Made by a program: the position numbers and the translations under genes. The notes under the pieces were generated by a model. That model saw only the letters and a list, made by a program, of their open reading frames with translations. It was not told the DNA's origin and searched no databases. Of a stretch of DNA of 64,000 bases, positions 1 through 12,249 are shown one piece after another; within the stretch, counting starts at the first letter, position 1, and each line of letters begins with the position of its first letter. Origin of the DNA: Eledone cirrhosa (lineage: Eukaryota); contig OZ024741.1 in NCBI GenBank assembly GCA_964016885.1, forward strand, positions 339,822,001 through 339,886,000, written 5' to 3'.

Positions 1-1553
1 GTGTACATATATGTTTAATATTTGTGTATATGATATATGTATTCATAAAAACATACATTCAATAATGTATGTATGGATGGATGGATATATGAATGTGCGT
101 ATGTATGCGTATATATATATACATCTATGTGTACATATATACCGGTGTATGTATGTAATTATATATGTATGTATATATGTATACATATATGTATATATGG
201 ATATATATATGTATGATTATATATATATGTATATATGTATATATGTATTTATGTATATGTATATATGCATTTTTATATATGCGTCTATATGTGCATATAT
301 CGATGTATGTATGTATATATCTGTATATATATATATTCATGTATATATGTATGCATATATATATGTGTGTGTGTGTGTATTTATGTATGTGTATGTATAT
401 ATGTATACATGTATATATCTATTTGTGTATATGTATATATGCATTTTTATATATGTGTCTATGTGTGCATATATCGATGTATGTATGTATGAGTATACAT
501 ACATCTATGTATGCATATATCAATGTATATATATATATTTTACATATATTATTTTTTTACATACATGTCCATGTTAAATTGTACGTCATGATATATATTA
601 TTTAATTTTTAGATAGCTATTTTTTTTATCTTTTGTCTTTATACGAAATAGAATTACATTTGGATTCTAGTTGAAGAAGACAGATGTTTTAATCCAAGCT
701 AAAATGTTTTCTTTGAATGTGAAGAAATATGCGAAGAAAACAAAAACAATTAAGGAGAAGTAGTCCAAAATGGCGGAATTTATAAAATTACACAATAAAT
801 ATCAAAACTACAATAATAATGAAACACAGAATGTGTGTGTATGTGTATATTTGTGTGTTTGGATGTGTATTTGTGTGTGTAAGCGTATGTGCTTGCATGT
901 GTGTGTTTGTATAGATGTGTATGTGTGTTGGTTTCTATGTGTATTTGAGTGTGTAAGCGAATGTATTTGCATGTGTGTGTTCGTGCGCGTGTGTATGTGA
1001 GTGTTTGTGTGTGTGTTTGTATGTGTATTTGTGTGTGTAAGCGTATGTGTTTGTGTAAGTGTGTAAGGGTGTGTGTTCGTATGTGTGTGTGTTTGAATTC
1101 TTGTGTGTTTTGTATGTGCTAATGTGTGTCTTTGCGTGTGTGTGTTTGTATGTGTGCGTGTGCAGCTGTGTGTGTTTGTACCTCTGTGTGTTTGTGTGCG
1201 TGTGTATGTGTGTTTGAATATATCTTTATATCGTAAGTGTTTGTATGTGTGTTTGTGTATGTTTATGTGTGTCTGGGAGACACATAAGAAAACAATAGAA
1301 AGAACAAAAAAAGTAAAATGGCTGAAAAAGAAATCAGTTATTGATAGGTTGAACCGTTTGTTCTCTTAATCTCTGTTGTTTGTTTGGCTTTGTAACTTCT
1401 CTACATTGTTTTTTTGTTGAAAATGTTAATGGTATTTTGATTTGTTGTTGTTGCTGTGGTTGTGGTTGTGATGGTGGTATGGGATGGTGGTATGGGTGAC
1501 GGAGGATTCGTAGAGATAGCTGTAGCGATTATATATATACAAATATACATACT

Positions 1554-1601
<48 letters not shown>

Positions 1602-1622
1602 AACCCACACACATACATACAT

Positions 1623-1695
<73 letters not shown>

Positions 1696-2156
1696 TATAT
1701 ACACATATATGTACATCTATATATATACACATATATATGTACATTTGTGTGTGTGTGTGTCTGAATTCAGTGCATATGCATACATCATTGATATAGGGAA
1801 TGGGCAAACGCGATGAGAGAGTGAGAGAAAGAGAAAGAGAGACAGAGAAAGAAAGACAGAGAAGTAAAGAAAGAGAGATAGATAGAGGGAATGGAGGAGA
1901 GGGGTGAGTGTTTTAGAATCCAAAATTAATCAAGGCTGAGGCAGATGAGATGAGGCCTAAGAAATATCTTTACATGAAAGACTTTCATAATGGCCTCAGT
2001 CATCCACATATTCCAGAATATACATACATATCAATGAAACTCCAAAAGTTGTGGAAGAAATGTGTATCTCTCCCTCTCTCTATCTCTCTCTCACTGTCTC
2101 TTTCTCTTTTTCTCTGTTTCTCTCTTTCTTTCTCTCTCTCACACTCTCTTTCTATA

Positions 2157-3352
2157 TACCAGGTTGAGTCAAATGTTTTTTCGTCTTTCAAACTTTAATT
2201 AATAGTTCCAAGAAATTACATAAGAAAAACCTTTATTCATCAAAGTATATCCCACCTTATGCTATTGTCTATTGTCACCGTTGTGCCAGAGGCTCAATTT
2301 CACGCTTATAACATGTAGCTGGTTTAGAAGCCAAACAATTCCCTTCCCCCGTTTTCAACCTCATCCACATTGTTGATCGTCCGCCCGTACAATTTATGAG
2401 CCATGGCTCGTAAAAGGTGGTAATCTAATGGTGCAAGATGTGGACTGTGGACAGGGTGAGGCAACATTTCCAGCCCCTCAAGTTCCTCAAGCTTTGCGCT
2501 TGATCGCATTGGCAGTGTGTGCTAAGTCATTGCCATGCAGTAGAATTGCTAGTCTTCGATTGACCAATGTCGGGTAGCGGACGTTCAAAGCATTATATAC
2601 TCGTTGTATATGTTGAGCATAAAGGTTAGCGTTGACAGCATGACTTTCTGAAACAAGCTCAAAGTGTAACTCCACCAAACATACATGACCATTGTTCAAA
2701 CTACCTTTATTTGACCTCACGTTCTGAAGTCTGGCCAAAACGAAGTCACTGATTTCTCTTATTTGGTTTACAAAAATAGACCCATTTTTCATCCACAGTT
2801 ACAATTCGATGCCAAAAACGGGCATCTAGATGAGTTGCTAGCAGATGTTTGCAAATGTTAAGCCTGGTCATTGGTCAGTTCAAGTGGAACTTCTTGACAG
2901 CTTTCGTTCCTAAGGTCGAGCTTATGGAGGAGTCGATTGATGGTGCTTTGGGAAAGACCAAGTTCTGCCGACAGTGTACGTGAGCGTGTGCTTCACTGTC
3001 GTTCAAATATTTCAAGTAAGGCCTCACCTTCCACGACAAGGCTGGTGTCACCTTTCTTGAAACATCTGAACCACACGCCCGTTCACAGTTCTTGGGCCTT
3101 CCACATCATTAATTTCTTTTGCCGCTGCCCTTGCACTTTCACTGAGTCCTTTTTTCCAGGGGTAGCGTCAAATGGCTCTAATTACAATTTTTCCAACCGT
3201 CATTATGAAAGCTGTAAAATAAAGAATAATCAAGTCAGCAACGATTGAACGATATGGTCCATCAAATTAATGATATAACATTAAATATATAAAAACATGT
3301 TGCCAAAAGTCATCAGTGAAACTCCCCCACAATCTTCTGACTTAACCTGGTG
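2157..3352 (-). mobile_element. Decayed mariner (Tc1/mariner) DNA transposon
   Basis: Imperfect TIRs TACCAGGTTGAGTCA (2157) and TGACTTAACCTGGTG (3338-3352) flanked by TA. Minus-strand frameshifted transposase motifs WHRIVTVDEKWVYF and LPHPVHSPHLAPLDYHLLRAM (HPPYSPDLAPSDYHLF-like). Confidence 0.85.
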
Positions 3353-3354
3353 TA

Positions 3355-3399
<45 letters not shown>

Positions 3400-3403
<4 letters not shown>

Positions 3404-3575
3404 AGGTATGACCCTGACGGCAGAGCTCAAGCCGTTTCGGCGGCTATTTCTGGACCAGAAATAGCCGTCGAAACGGCTTGAGCTCTGCCGTCGGGGTCAT
3501 ACTTTTTCCTATTTCCCACTCTACTACCCTAAGTATTGAGTACTCTGGTGCGTTATGGTCTATCTGGTTCCTTCG

Positions 3576-3578
<3 letters not shown>
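3400..3578 (+). mobile_element. Miniature PLE footprint (inverted HHR 3' half + direct HHR 3' half + tail) in (TA)n
   Basis: Palindrome centred on CTGGACCAG whose arms match 26923-26980, followed by the tail matching 26981-27060 and ending GTTA(TA)n. Confidence 0.85.
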
Positions 3579-3627
<49 letters not shown>

Positions 3628-4315
3628 GTGTGGTGTGTACATATATATACACACACTAATACAGACATACATGTATTTAAATAACAATATGTTCACACAT
3701 ACATATAATATAATAAATACATTTACACGTAACATGGAATATATTACGTTAGAAACAATTGAAGAAGGCCACGACATAAACGATACTTTTCGTATATGGG
3801 ATCGATTTAATCGACTTTCCCTTCCCCTTCAAATTTCTGGCCTTGTGCCTATATCATAAACCATTATTATTGTTTGAATTATGCTTCATTACTTTGAATT
3901 ATGCTTCTTTCCCATAACCTGCCGAGCTTCGTACTGATACCTCAAGCAAAATTTGGTAATACATACATTTAACAATCGTACGAATAATAGTATAAGGTTA
4001 TAAAGAAAACAGTAAATGACTTTTGTAAGCTGTTTAAATTAAAGATGCCCTTCTCTAGACATGGATCTTGCTAGTACAAATTATGTACGTACAAGTCATA
4101 TGTACGTACACAAACATATGTATATGTACAAACACGTACGTATTTATGTATATATAACATTGATATGCTTTATTTACAATGTATGTTAGCGCATGTATGT
4201 ATGTATGTATATATATATGTGTGTATATATATATAAATGAAAAGTGGCGAGCTGTGTTGTTGCAAATATGATATATATAATAAAATAAAGAATTAGAAAT
4301 AGAAGCCAGGGCTAT

Positions 4316-4383
4316 CCATCACCAGTGGTCTACTAGCCATCATAGGTATTTCTTCGCATTACAGACGATTTACCTCCGGCTAG
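4316..4383 (-). ncRNA. Degenerate copy of non-circularly permuted hammerhead ribozyme with k-turn
   Basis: Minus strand: CTAGCC G GA GGTAA A TCGTCTG TAATGCGAA GAA ATACC TAT GA T GGCTAG TAGACCA CTGGTGA T. Same architecture as 33232-33299 with compensatory changes, but the core is mutated (U16.1>A, A6>G). Confidence 0.6.
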
Positions 4384-4509
4384 ATCAATACAAGAGAGAC
4401 AGGTAAACAAACACGAATGGTGAGGCAACGTAAAGAGATGAAAAAAATGAGAAAATCAACACACATACATACACACACACACATATATATATATATTTAC
4501 ATATATATG

Positions 4510-4551
4510 TTCCTGATGACTTCATACGAATGAAACAGTTCTAGCTCTGTA
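4510..4551 (+). ncRNA. Truncated type I hammerhead ribozyme (same family as 18798)
   Basis: TTC CTGATGA CTTCATACGAAT GAA ACAG TTCTAGCT CTGT A. Similarity to the 18798 copy stops exactly at the GUA cleavage triplet. Confidence 0.6.
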
Positions 4552-4580
4552 TATTCTCTCTCTCTCTCTCACACACACAC

Positions 4581-4611
<31 letters not shown>

Positions 4612-4613
4612 AG

Positions 4614-4734
4614 AGAATTAGGATTTAGCTTCAAGTATGGCTGTATACAGATACGTATTGGAATTTCGTATTTCTAATACGAAATTCTAATACATACCTG
4701 TATACAGGTATGCTTGAAGATAAATCCTAATTCT
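4614..4734. repeat. Imperfect ~120-bp palindrome adjacent to (TA)n
   Basis: AGAATTAGGATTTAGCTTCAAG...CTTGAAGATAAATCCTAATTCT inverted arms; a partial third copy lies near 4993-5011. Confidence 0.75.
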
Positions 4735-4862
4735 ATTCTATCATAAGTTGAGCCATCTTATGCAGTTTGATATGCAAATGAAATTAAGCACCTCATGTAC
4801 ACAGACGAGAAAATCATATTTTTCGCCTGTTTTCAACTCCGGCAGTCGCAAGAGTGAGATGG

Positions 4863-4901
4863 ATCGTCCTGATGAGAACCAGTTCGAAATGCATCGACGA
4901 T
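4863..4901 (+). ncRNA. Minimal type I hammerhead ribozyme
   Basis: Stem I ATCGTC/GACGAT, core CTGATGA, stem II GAA-CCAG-TTC, GAA, palindromic stem III ATGCAT, cleavage triplet AUC (C4895). Confidence 0.8.
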
Positions 4902-5126
4902 TGTCCCCCCTTGCTTCTGCTGGACACCACCAGAGGGTAGTAGCTCCCGGTGTTTTTGCATAGCTACAGCTTTCTAAATGTATATCTATAAAATACGAAA
5001 TTCCAATACATAGATATATATAGAATGTGTGTATGTTGATGTTATAGCCATTTTTGGGGGGCTTACGATATTTTTATTATTTGCCTCTCATATTTTATGT
5101 ATTATTTATCTCCTGCCCATTATATA

Positions 5127-5169
<43 letters not shown>

Positions 5170-5328
5170 GCAAACGCACACACATGGAAAAATATTTTCT
5201 TGAACAACTAAAATACATATTCACAACCGCATACAGACACACAATCGAATAAACCCGCATATATGCATACACAGACGCACACACGCAAGCACACACGCAC
5301 GCACACACACACACACACATACACACAC

Positions 5329-5380
<52 letters not shown>

Positions 5381-6122
5381 GCATGTGCCCATAAACAGAA
5401 GAACGCACACATACTCTGGCAAATAAACACACACTAAAAAAACCGTAGAAGTCGCACATTAGCAACAACACATAAAACAATAATTCTCCTGAACACACAC
5501 ATAGACATACACTCACACATACATACACACATATATGAGCACATTCACATATATACACAGATAATCCCATTTACACCCATAAGACACATATACAATCATA
5601 TATACACACATATACGCATAAACAGATAATCACATTTACACACACATAAGCATACCTGGACACAAACACACACACACACATATAATTACATGTTCAAACA
5701 CATACATATACACACATCCACGCAAATGCACATATATACAGCTAATCACATTTACACACAAACAAACATGCAATTACATGTACACACACATAGAAACTCA
5801 CTCATACCCAGACACACGTATACACATATATGTACGCACATATTTACACATACACATATAGACCCGCATATATGTACTTTTCATAGAAAAAATGTCCGCT
5901 CCACCCCTCATTCCCACCCTTGCCAAATCTTTTAATGGATGTTTTGGAATTTAATACAGATTTTGATTTTGTCTTTTACTGTGGCATAAATCTGATAATG
6001 GGATTTATCATAATAGCATATAGCGTAAATATCGAAAAAAAAATGTATATATTAAAAAATATTGTGAAAAAATGATAACAAAAACAGCTATAGAATTTTT
6101 CTTTATAAAAATAGAATTATGG

Positions 6123-6214
<92 letters not shown>

Positions 6215-6643
6215 TTGTGTGTGTGTGTGTGTGGAAAATAAATTGATAATGCTTAAAAACGACGATAATGACCAAAGGACTGGGAGAAAGATACAAGAAA
6301 GCTGTGTCATCTCTAATGGCATGAAGACGAATAATAATAACAATAATAATAATAATAATAATAATAATGATTTCTTTATTAACCACAAGGGTTTACATAA
6401 AGTAGACATTAAGGACAGTGCAGGACAATGCAGGACGGTACAAATGGGCATTTCTGCGTGTAAAAAACAAAAACAGAGGATGTAACAAAAATAACAATGA
6501 AAATAACAATGAAAAATTCCCCAATAGGGGGGAGACTTCGGAGGGACATTTGTGGAGAAAGCCCAGTAAAAAGCCACAATGACCCTGACCACCAAGGCAA
6601 GTGCCCTCTCCCAGTTTTCCACCTTTAATTTACAGATATATAC

Positions 6644-9600
6644 TCAGAGTACTTCCCTCTCTACTCTGATTTTCCTTTTCAAATGAAATTTGAAAAAGTC
6701 AATCAGAGCATCACCGAAGAGGTAAGTGCTTGTCTTCAGCCCTTTCAAACGTGTCCACCATACTATCTCTTTCGCCATGGCCACCAGACAGATAAAAACT
6801 GCCTGCCCTTCCCGGCTAAAGGAGGAGGGCGGGGCAATCCTCACGATGGACTCAGATGATAGCTGGATCCGTCCTAAACGCGACAGCAGGTGTTCGACAT
6901 AAACCCACAAGTCAGCAATTTTCGGACACTGGACGAGTGCGTGCAGGACGGTTTCGTCGCCCTGCGCGCATCTCGGACATGCCCGGCTGACGGCACCTCC
7001 ATGCCTGTAGAGTTTATCCCGAACTGGCAAGGCTCCTCGGTAGCACTGCCAGGCCAGAGATTTCTGGAAGTTGTCCATAGGCCCCGGCCCGAAAGTTCTT
7101 CCGAAGAGATTGGCTAGTTGATTTTCGTCGACGCCTAGAGTTTCCCCAAGTACGTCGTCGCTCTTCCCCTCCACTAATCCTCTATAGAACGCCGAGGTGG
7201 AGTTTCCACCGATCACATTGCCCGATTGGTCGAGGGCTGTGAGCGCCTGAAGACATTCCAGTCTCCAGACGCTCCCTCTCGGTCTTCGCTTGACCCAGGA
7301 CTGCAGCTCCGTCAAGGAAACGAGCTGGGGAAATACGCGCCTAGCAAACGGCGACCACACCTGATCACCGTCGAGGAAGAGGTAGAGATGTCGAAGCCTG
7401 AGCGCGTGCCTGCGCATCATCAGCCACGGCATGCCCAGCCCTCCACGTAGCGGGTGTTGACAACAGATGGACCGCCTGACCATCGGAGCACGTCCCTTCC
7501 ACAAAAAGCGAAAGAGCAAACGCTCCAGCGCAGTCAGGCGAGGCTTAGGACAAGGTACGACGGTTAGGCGGTAGCAGATGACAGACGCGATGTACGCGTT
7601 AGCCACCTCCGCTCGACCTTTCAGGGATAGCTTCCTCTCCGCCCATTTCTGGGTGAGAGAAGCCACCCTGCTCGTCACCTCGTCCCAGTTTTTGTCCGTC
7701 TGGAGATCCGGACCGAACCAGACCCCTAGCAATTTAACCGGTCCGTCCGTCCAGCGCCCGACGACGCTGTTGGACGGCATGGACCTGCCTCTCCAGGTGC
7801 CGAGCTGCAGGCCCACTGACTTTTCCTGGTTGATCATTGCTCCTGTCACCGCTTCGTATTCTCTTAGTGTAGTGCCGATCGCCTCGATGTGTTTGGCGTT
7901 CGACACCACTACGGTGACATCGTCCGCATATGCTGACACGGATCTTCCGCATCCTAGTTCGCGCGGGATTCCCCTCAACGTCTCCAGTTTGTGCAGTAAT
8001 GGCTCGAGAGTCAATACGTACAAGAGGGAGGAGAGGGGACATCCTTGGCTGACCGAGCGCATGATGTTGAACAGTTCCGACAGGTGACCGTTCACTCTCA
8101 CCACAGAGCAGATGTCGCTGTGCATGGCAGCGATCCAGCCTCTGAAGACGGGCCCAAAGCCAGCCGCCCTCAGGACTGCCGCTAGGTAACGATGGTCGAC
8201 CCTATCGAAAGCTTTCGACTGATCTAAATTGATCAAGGACCCACCCGTGCCAGGTTCCTTAGCTACCCTCTCTATGATGTATCGCATGAGGTGGAGGTTG
8301 TCGTGGATGGATCTGTCGGGAATGGCGCATGTCTGCGCCTCTCCCACCAGACCACCAACGACAAGCGCCAACCTCTTTGCTAGCACCTTGGCCAAAATCT
8401 TGAACTCTGTGTTTAGCAGAGTTATGGGCCGGAAATTGTCTATGTTATCCCCCTTGTTCGGATCCTTTCTCAGCAGTGCCACCGCTCCTCGGCTCACAGA
8501 ACTGGGAATTCTCCCGTTCTGTTGCCAGTTGCAGTAGACGTCCGCCAAGAGGCCTCCGAACAAGTCTGGCATCTGTACGTAAAGTTCATAGGGCAGACCA
8601 TCCAAACCAGGCGATTTACCCCTTGTGCAGCCAGTCATTGCCTCCCTTACTTCAGCGGCTGTTATCGGCTTTTCGCAACACTTCGCCTCAGTGGCCGAGA
8701 GCCGCGGCAGTCCGTCGAGGTAGACACTAAAGTCCATCCGTCTACCCGGCCCACCGCTGCCCCCGAACAGCTGAGCGAAGTGTCGCTGAAAAGCTTCACA
8801 CATTTTCCCGGGATCGAGTAGCATGCGCCCGTCGTGGTCCACCAAAGACCGGATCGTGGCTTTGTTGCCACGACGCGCCTCCGCCACTCGGGCCCATTGA
8901 ACGGCTTTCGTCCCCTCGTGTCTGAGAGCACGCACCCTTGCTCTGACAACGCAGCCTTCGTGCTTTGCATTGAAGAATTGGTCAAGGGCCAATTTCGCCG
9001 CAAGCACGTCGGTCGCGATGCCTTTGCTAAGCGCCTCGTCTAATTTTCTAACTAGTTCTCCCTCTGCTCTATTTTTCTCTATTGCTAAAGCCTTACTAAA
9101 CCTAATCGATTCTATTCTAATCGCTCTTTTCAGAGCAAACCACCACTTGTTGTTGACGATGGCCCCCGTCAACGCCCGCTTAACTAGTTCGCTAATCCGG
9201 TCTCTGTAGGCCTTGCGCGCTGGTAAGGACGCGTTTAGCTTCAAGTAGCCGGGTCCTCGTCTATGAAGCCTATCTAAGTCAAGCACACAGATCACGAATT
9301 TGTGGTCCGTGTAGCTGACTATCTTGAATTGTGGACAGCCTATGCTAGACCTATCTATTTCCCTACAAAATACTCTATCTAGATATGATCTGGATGACCC
9401 TATGCGGTTTGTCCAAGTCCACATTGGCAAATTCGGGAAATCCAATCGGTACCTGTCAGACAGTTCAAAACGCCTGAGCAGGTTGGTGAGGCTCTTGCAC
9501 CCTCCACCCCTATCCGCTAATCCCACACAGTCCCAGCGTGCATCTAAGATCCCGTTCCAGTCGCCCACTAACACTAAAGAGCGGGACGTTCCAAGAAAGG

Positions 9601-9982
9601 TCTCCAGACGCCGGAAGAAATCAGGCCGCCCTGCTCCTGTCGGGGCATAGACGGCCACTAGCCTGAAAGCTTGCCCGTCTCCGCTGGCCACGTCCAGCAC
9701 CACCAGCTTACCCTCTGGGTCCAGGAAGATGGCCCGTATGACGAGATCTAAACCTCTCCGAAAAAGCACCGCAACTCCTCCACCCGATCCAGGACGGCTG
9801 GGAGATGCGTACACATCGTAGCCGCCGAAGATCGGTGCGAAGGCCCGTGCTTCGGAGATTCTGGTCTCGCTGATGGCCACTACATCTATGTTTAGTGACC
9901 TGAGGTCGTTGAGCAGGTGGCCCTGCTTCAATGACGTCCCCAAGCCACGCGCATTTATGCTGCCTATTCTGAGTGAGGTCAT
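6644..9982 (-). CDS. LINE ORF2: APE endonuclease, reverse transcriptase, C-terminal zinc knuckle (C-terminus slightly shortened by a deletion)
   Basis: 1112-aa ORF with NARGL, SET, GDWN, YLDR, TDH (APE); KSPGLDG, FRPITLLN, DQSKAFDRV, QGCPLS, YADD (RT); CPRC...HALVQC. Confidence 0.95.
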   Translation of the reverse strand: MTSLRIGSINARGLGTSLKQGHLLNDLRSLNIDVVAISETRISEARAFAPIFGGYDVYASPSRPGSGGGVAVLFRRGLDLVIRAIFLDPEGKLVVLDVASGDGQAFRLVAVYAPTGAGRPDFFRRLETFLGTSRSLVLVGDWNGILDARWDCVGLADRGGGCKSLTNLLRRFELSDRYRLDFPNLPMWTWTNRIGSSRSYLDRVFCREIDRSSIGCPQFKIVSYTDHKFVICVLDLDRLHRRGPGYLKLNASLPARKAYRDRISELVKRALTGAIVNNKWWFALKRAIRIESIRFSKALAIEKNRAEGELVRKLDEALSKGIATDVLAAKLALDQFFNAKHEGCVVRARVRALRHEGTKAVQWARVAEARRGNKATIRSLVDHDGRMLLDPGKMCEAFQRHFAQLFGGSGGPGRRMDFSVYLDGLPRLSATEAKCCEKPITAAEVREAMTGCTRGKSPGLDGLPYELYVQMPDLFGGLLADVYCNWQQNGRIPSSVSRGAVALLRKDPNKGDNIDNFRPITLLNTEFKILAKVLAKRLALVVGGLVGEAQTCAIPDRSIHDNLHLMRYIIERVAKEPGTGGSLINLDQSKAFDRVDHRYLAAVLRAAGFGPVFRGWIAAMHSDICSVVRVNGHLSELFNIMRSVSQGCPLSSLLYVLTLEPLLHKLETLRGIPRELGCGRSVSAYADDVTVVVSNAKHIEAIGTTLREYEAVTGAMINQEKSVGLQLGTWRGRSMPSNSVVGRWTDGPVKLLGVWFGPDLQTDKNWDEVTSRVASLTQKWAERKLSLKGRAEVANAYIASVICYRLTVVPCPKPRLTALERLLFRFLWKGRAPMVRRSICCQHPLRGGLGMPWLMMRRHALRLRHLYLFLDGDQVWSPFARRVFPQLVSLTELQSWVKRRPRGSVWRLECLQALTALDQSGNVIGGNSTSAFYRGLVEGKSDDVLGETLGVDENQLANLFGRTFGPGPMDNFQKSLAWQCYRGALPVRDKLYRHGGAVSRACPRCAQGDETVLHALVQCPKIADLWVYVEHLLSRLGRIQLSSESIVRIAPPSSFSREGQAVFICLVAMAKEIVWWTRLKGLKTSTYLFGDALIDFFKFHLKRKIRVEREVL

Positions 9983-10021
9983 GTTGAAAAGGAGTCGAAA
10001 AGATTGGAAAGACCACTTACC

Positions 10022-11854
10022 TTACTTCTCGTAGAGGAAGAACGGTTTTTCCATCCTTTTCACTGCTTGTGGCCGCCTCAGGAAGGATGTCCTTATAAAT
10101 CCTCCTGGAGAGTGCTTGTCAGAAGTCTCCAATGTCTTTGGGGAATTTTTGGTTTAGTGTCATGTACGTTTTCTGTGTGATGCGAGTGATTTGTATGTGT
10201 GGAGGTGGTGTGAATTTTGGGGTTGTTGTGTAGTCTTTTTCTGTGATGCTGGTGTTGTGTTGGATGTAGTGTAATAATTGGTTGTTGTTCAAATTTAATG
10301 CTGTGTAGTGTGTATCGTTTTGGTTGTTTTGTTTTGTTTGCGTTTGTTGTCGGTTTGTTTCTGTTTCGCATTTTGGTGACTTTTGTGGTGTAGTTGATGG
10401 TGGTGTTGGGGTTAATGATGGTGATAGTGTTGGTGTTTAGGGTGAGGGGTTGTTGATGCTGGTGTGGATGGTGGCATATCTGTCCTAACTTTTTTGTTTG
10501 TTAATTTATTTGTTTCCCTCTGTATTTTGTTTTTGGAGGGGGAAGGAAGAGAATTTTTTTTCTTTTTTGGTTTCTTTTTTTCTTTTTTCCTGATACCGTT
10601 TCCCACTCCTCGTCGTCACAATCTGTCTCCAGTTGTGATAGGCCGGGGAGTGGAAAATCCTCCACAGGCGTTAGTTTTGGTTGTGGCGTGGTGGATGGTG
10701 TAGGCGCTGGTGCTAGTTCTGAAGCGTTGGGTGGTGGTGGTGTTGGTGTTGGTGTTGGTTTTGCTACTGTTGCTGGGGTTGTTGCTGTTATAGTTGCTTC
10801 TGTTGTTGCTGCTACAGTTGTTGCTGCCATCTCTGCTACTGGTGGTGTTGATGGTTGTGTCACTGGGATGGGTAGGATAGGTGGCCTCAACCTTTTAGCC
10901 TGAGGGCAGAAAGCCCTTAGGTGGATTCCTTCACCACAAACGACACACCTAGGCCTTCTGCCCTCGACAATTATGGTGAGGTAGCTGCCGTCAGTGAGGT
11001 CTATTACCTCTGGGATCTCCTCAGTGCTTTTTTGGTCCGCTTGGATCAGGAGCTCCATCCCAGATCCGGACCAGTTCTCCTGCTTTTCTTTTGCTATTGC
11101 CATTATCTTTGTGTTGGCTTCGAAGCAGGCTAGGACGGCCGCTATTAGCCAGGGAATTTCGATGGCCGGTGGAACGTGGGTCACTCTGATCTTTACGAGT
11201 CTCTGGCCACAATAGCTTGGGACGAGTGTGAAGTCGTCACTTCTTAATGGGGCCACGGAGTGTTCTCTAGCCTCCTCTGGTGTTTCAAAGAACACGTCCA
11301 CGGTTCCATACTTCTGCCCACGTCTGATGTGGGTTTTTCTTGCCCACACATGTCCCAAAGCTTTTTGGATTTGGGACTCGGATGCCCGTTCCACTCGGCG
11401 CGATTTTACATTTATTGTTCGATACGACACGGTGCATAGGCGCCGATGCTCCATTTTATTAGGTGCGTGGGGGGGGGGGGATGACCCTGTACCCATCTTT
11501 CTTTACCATTTTTTTGGCATTTTCTAATTCCTCCTGAGTTACCGTAAATGCTTCGCACTGTTTTGCTACTCTGGCAAAACTCAGGATGGTTTTTTTAATG
11601 TCATTGTTGTTGTTGTTGCTATCGTTATTTTTGTTATTATTAATTTTAGTTTCAGTTGTGGTGGTGGTGACGTCAGTGGAGTTCGGTTTGGAAGAGTCCA
11701 TTTTGGTTGAAAATATTTCGACATCACGAGTTGATTTATTTTTTCCTTCTGTTTCTGTTGTCGCGGTGGTGGTTGTCGCGGTGATGGTGGTGGTGGCGGC
11801 TTTAACACCTGCAGTCATTGGTAATGGCGGGAAATGAATGTCTGCCTGAGACAA
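10022..11854 (-). CDS. LINE ORF1 (RNA-binding, CCHC zinc knuckle), broken by frameshifts in homopolymer runs
   Basis: ORF pieces 11459-11854 and 10501-11496 join across the G-run near 11469-11480. CVVCGEGIHLRAFC knuckle; Thr/Pro-rich C-terminal part probably ends ...KRMEKPFFLYEK* just upstream of ORF2. Confidence 0.75.
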
Positions 11855-12179
11855 ATTTAAAATATTGCTAGTGCTTAAATTGGTTGTTGGTTACAATGGT
11901 GGTGTCGGTTTGAGGTGTTAATTTGTGAGGAAGGCTTTAAACTGCTTAGTGCAGAGGTGAATTAGCCATTTTTTTTTCAAAGAAATTTTTTGATAATCAT
12001 AAAAGTTTAAATTTTGGGCACAAGGCCCCAATCATTTTGGGTGTCCTTTTCGGAAAACAATGTATGTGCGCTTATATATAGTTAACAATAAAATTTTTCC
12101 ATAAATGGCAATTTTTAACAAACGGAAATAACAACCCTTTGCGGAGCTCACGATGATACGATTTACTACGTAGGTCGCC

Positions 12180-12249
<70 letters not shown>

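Larger units (their letters stand above)
6369..12179 (-). mobile_element. Near full-length Tx1-clade (L1 group) non-LTR retrotransposon inserted in an (AAT)n array
   Basis: ORF1 + ORF2 organisation; 3' UTR ends CCCTTGTGGTTAATAAAGAAATC; (AAT)n directly on both sides (6331-6368 and 12180-12249). Confidence 0.92.

Noticed and set aside
6890-9650. Plus-strand and alternative-frame ORFs within Tx1 ORF2
   Set aside because: Shadow ORFs of a GC-rich coding region.
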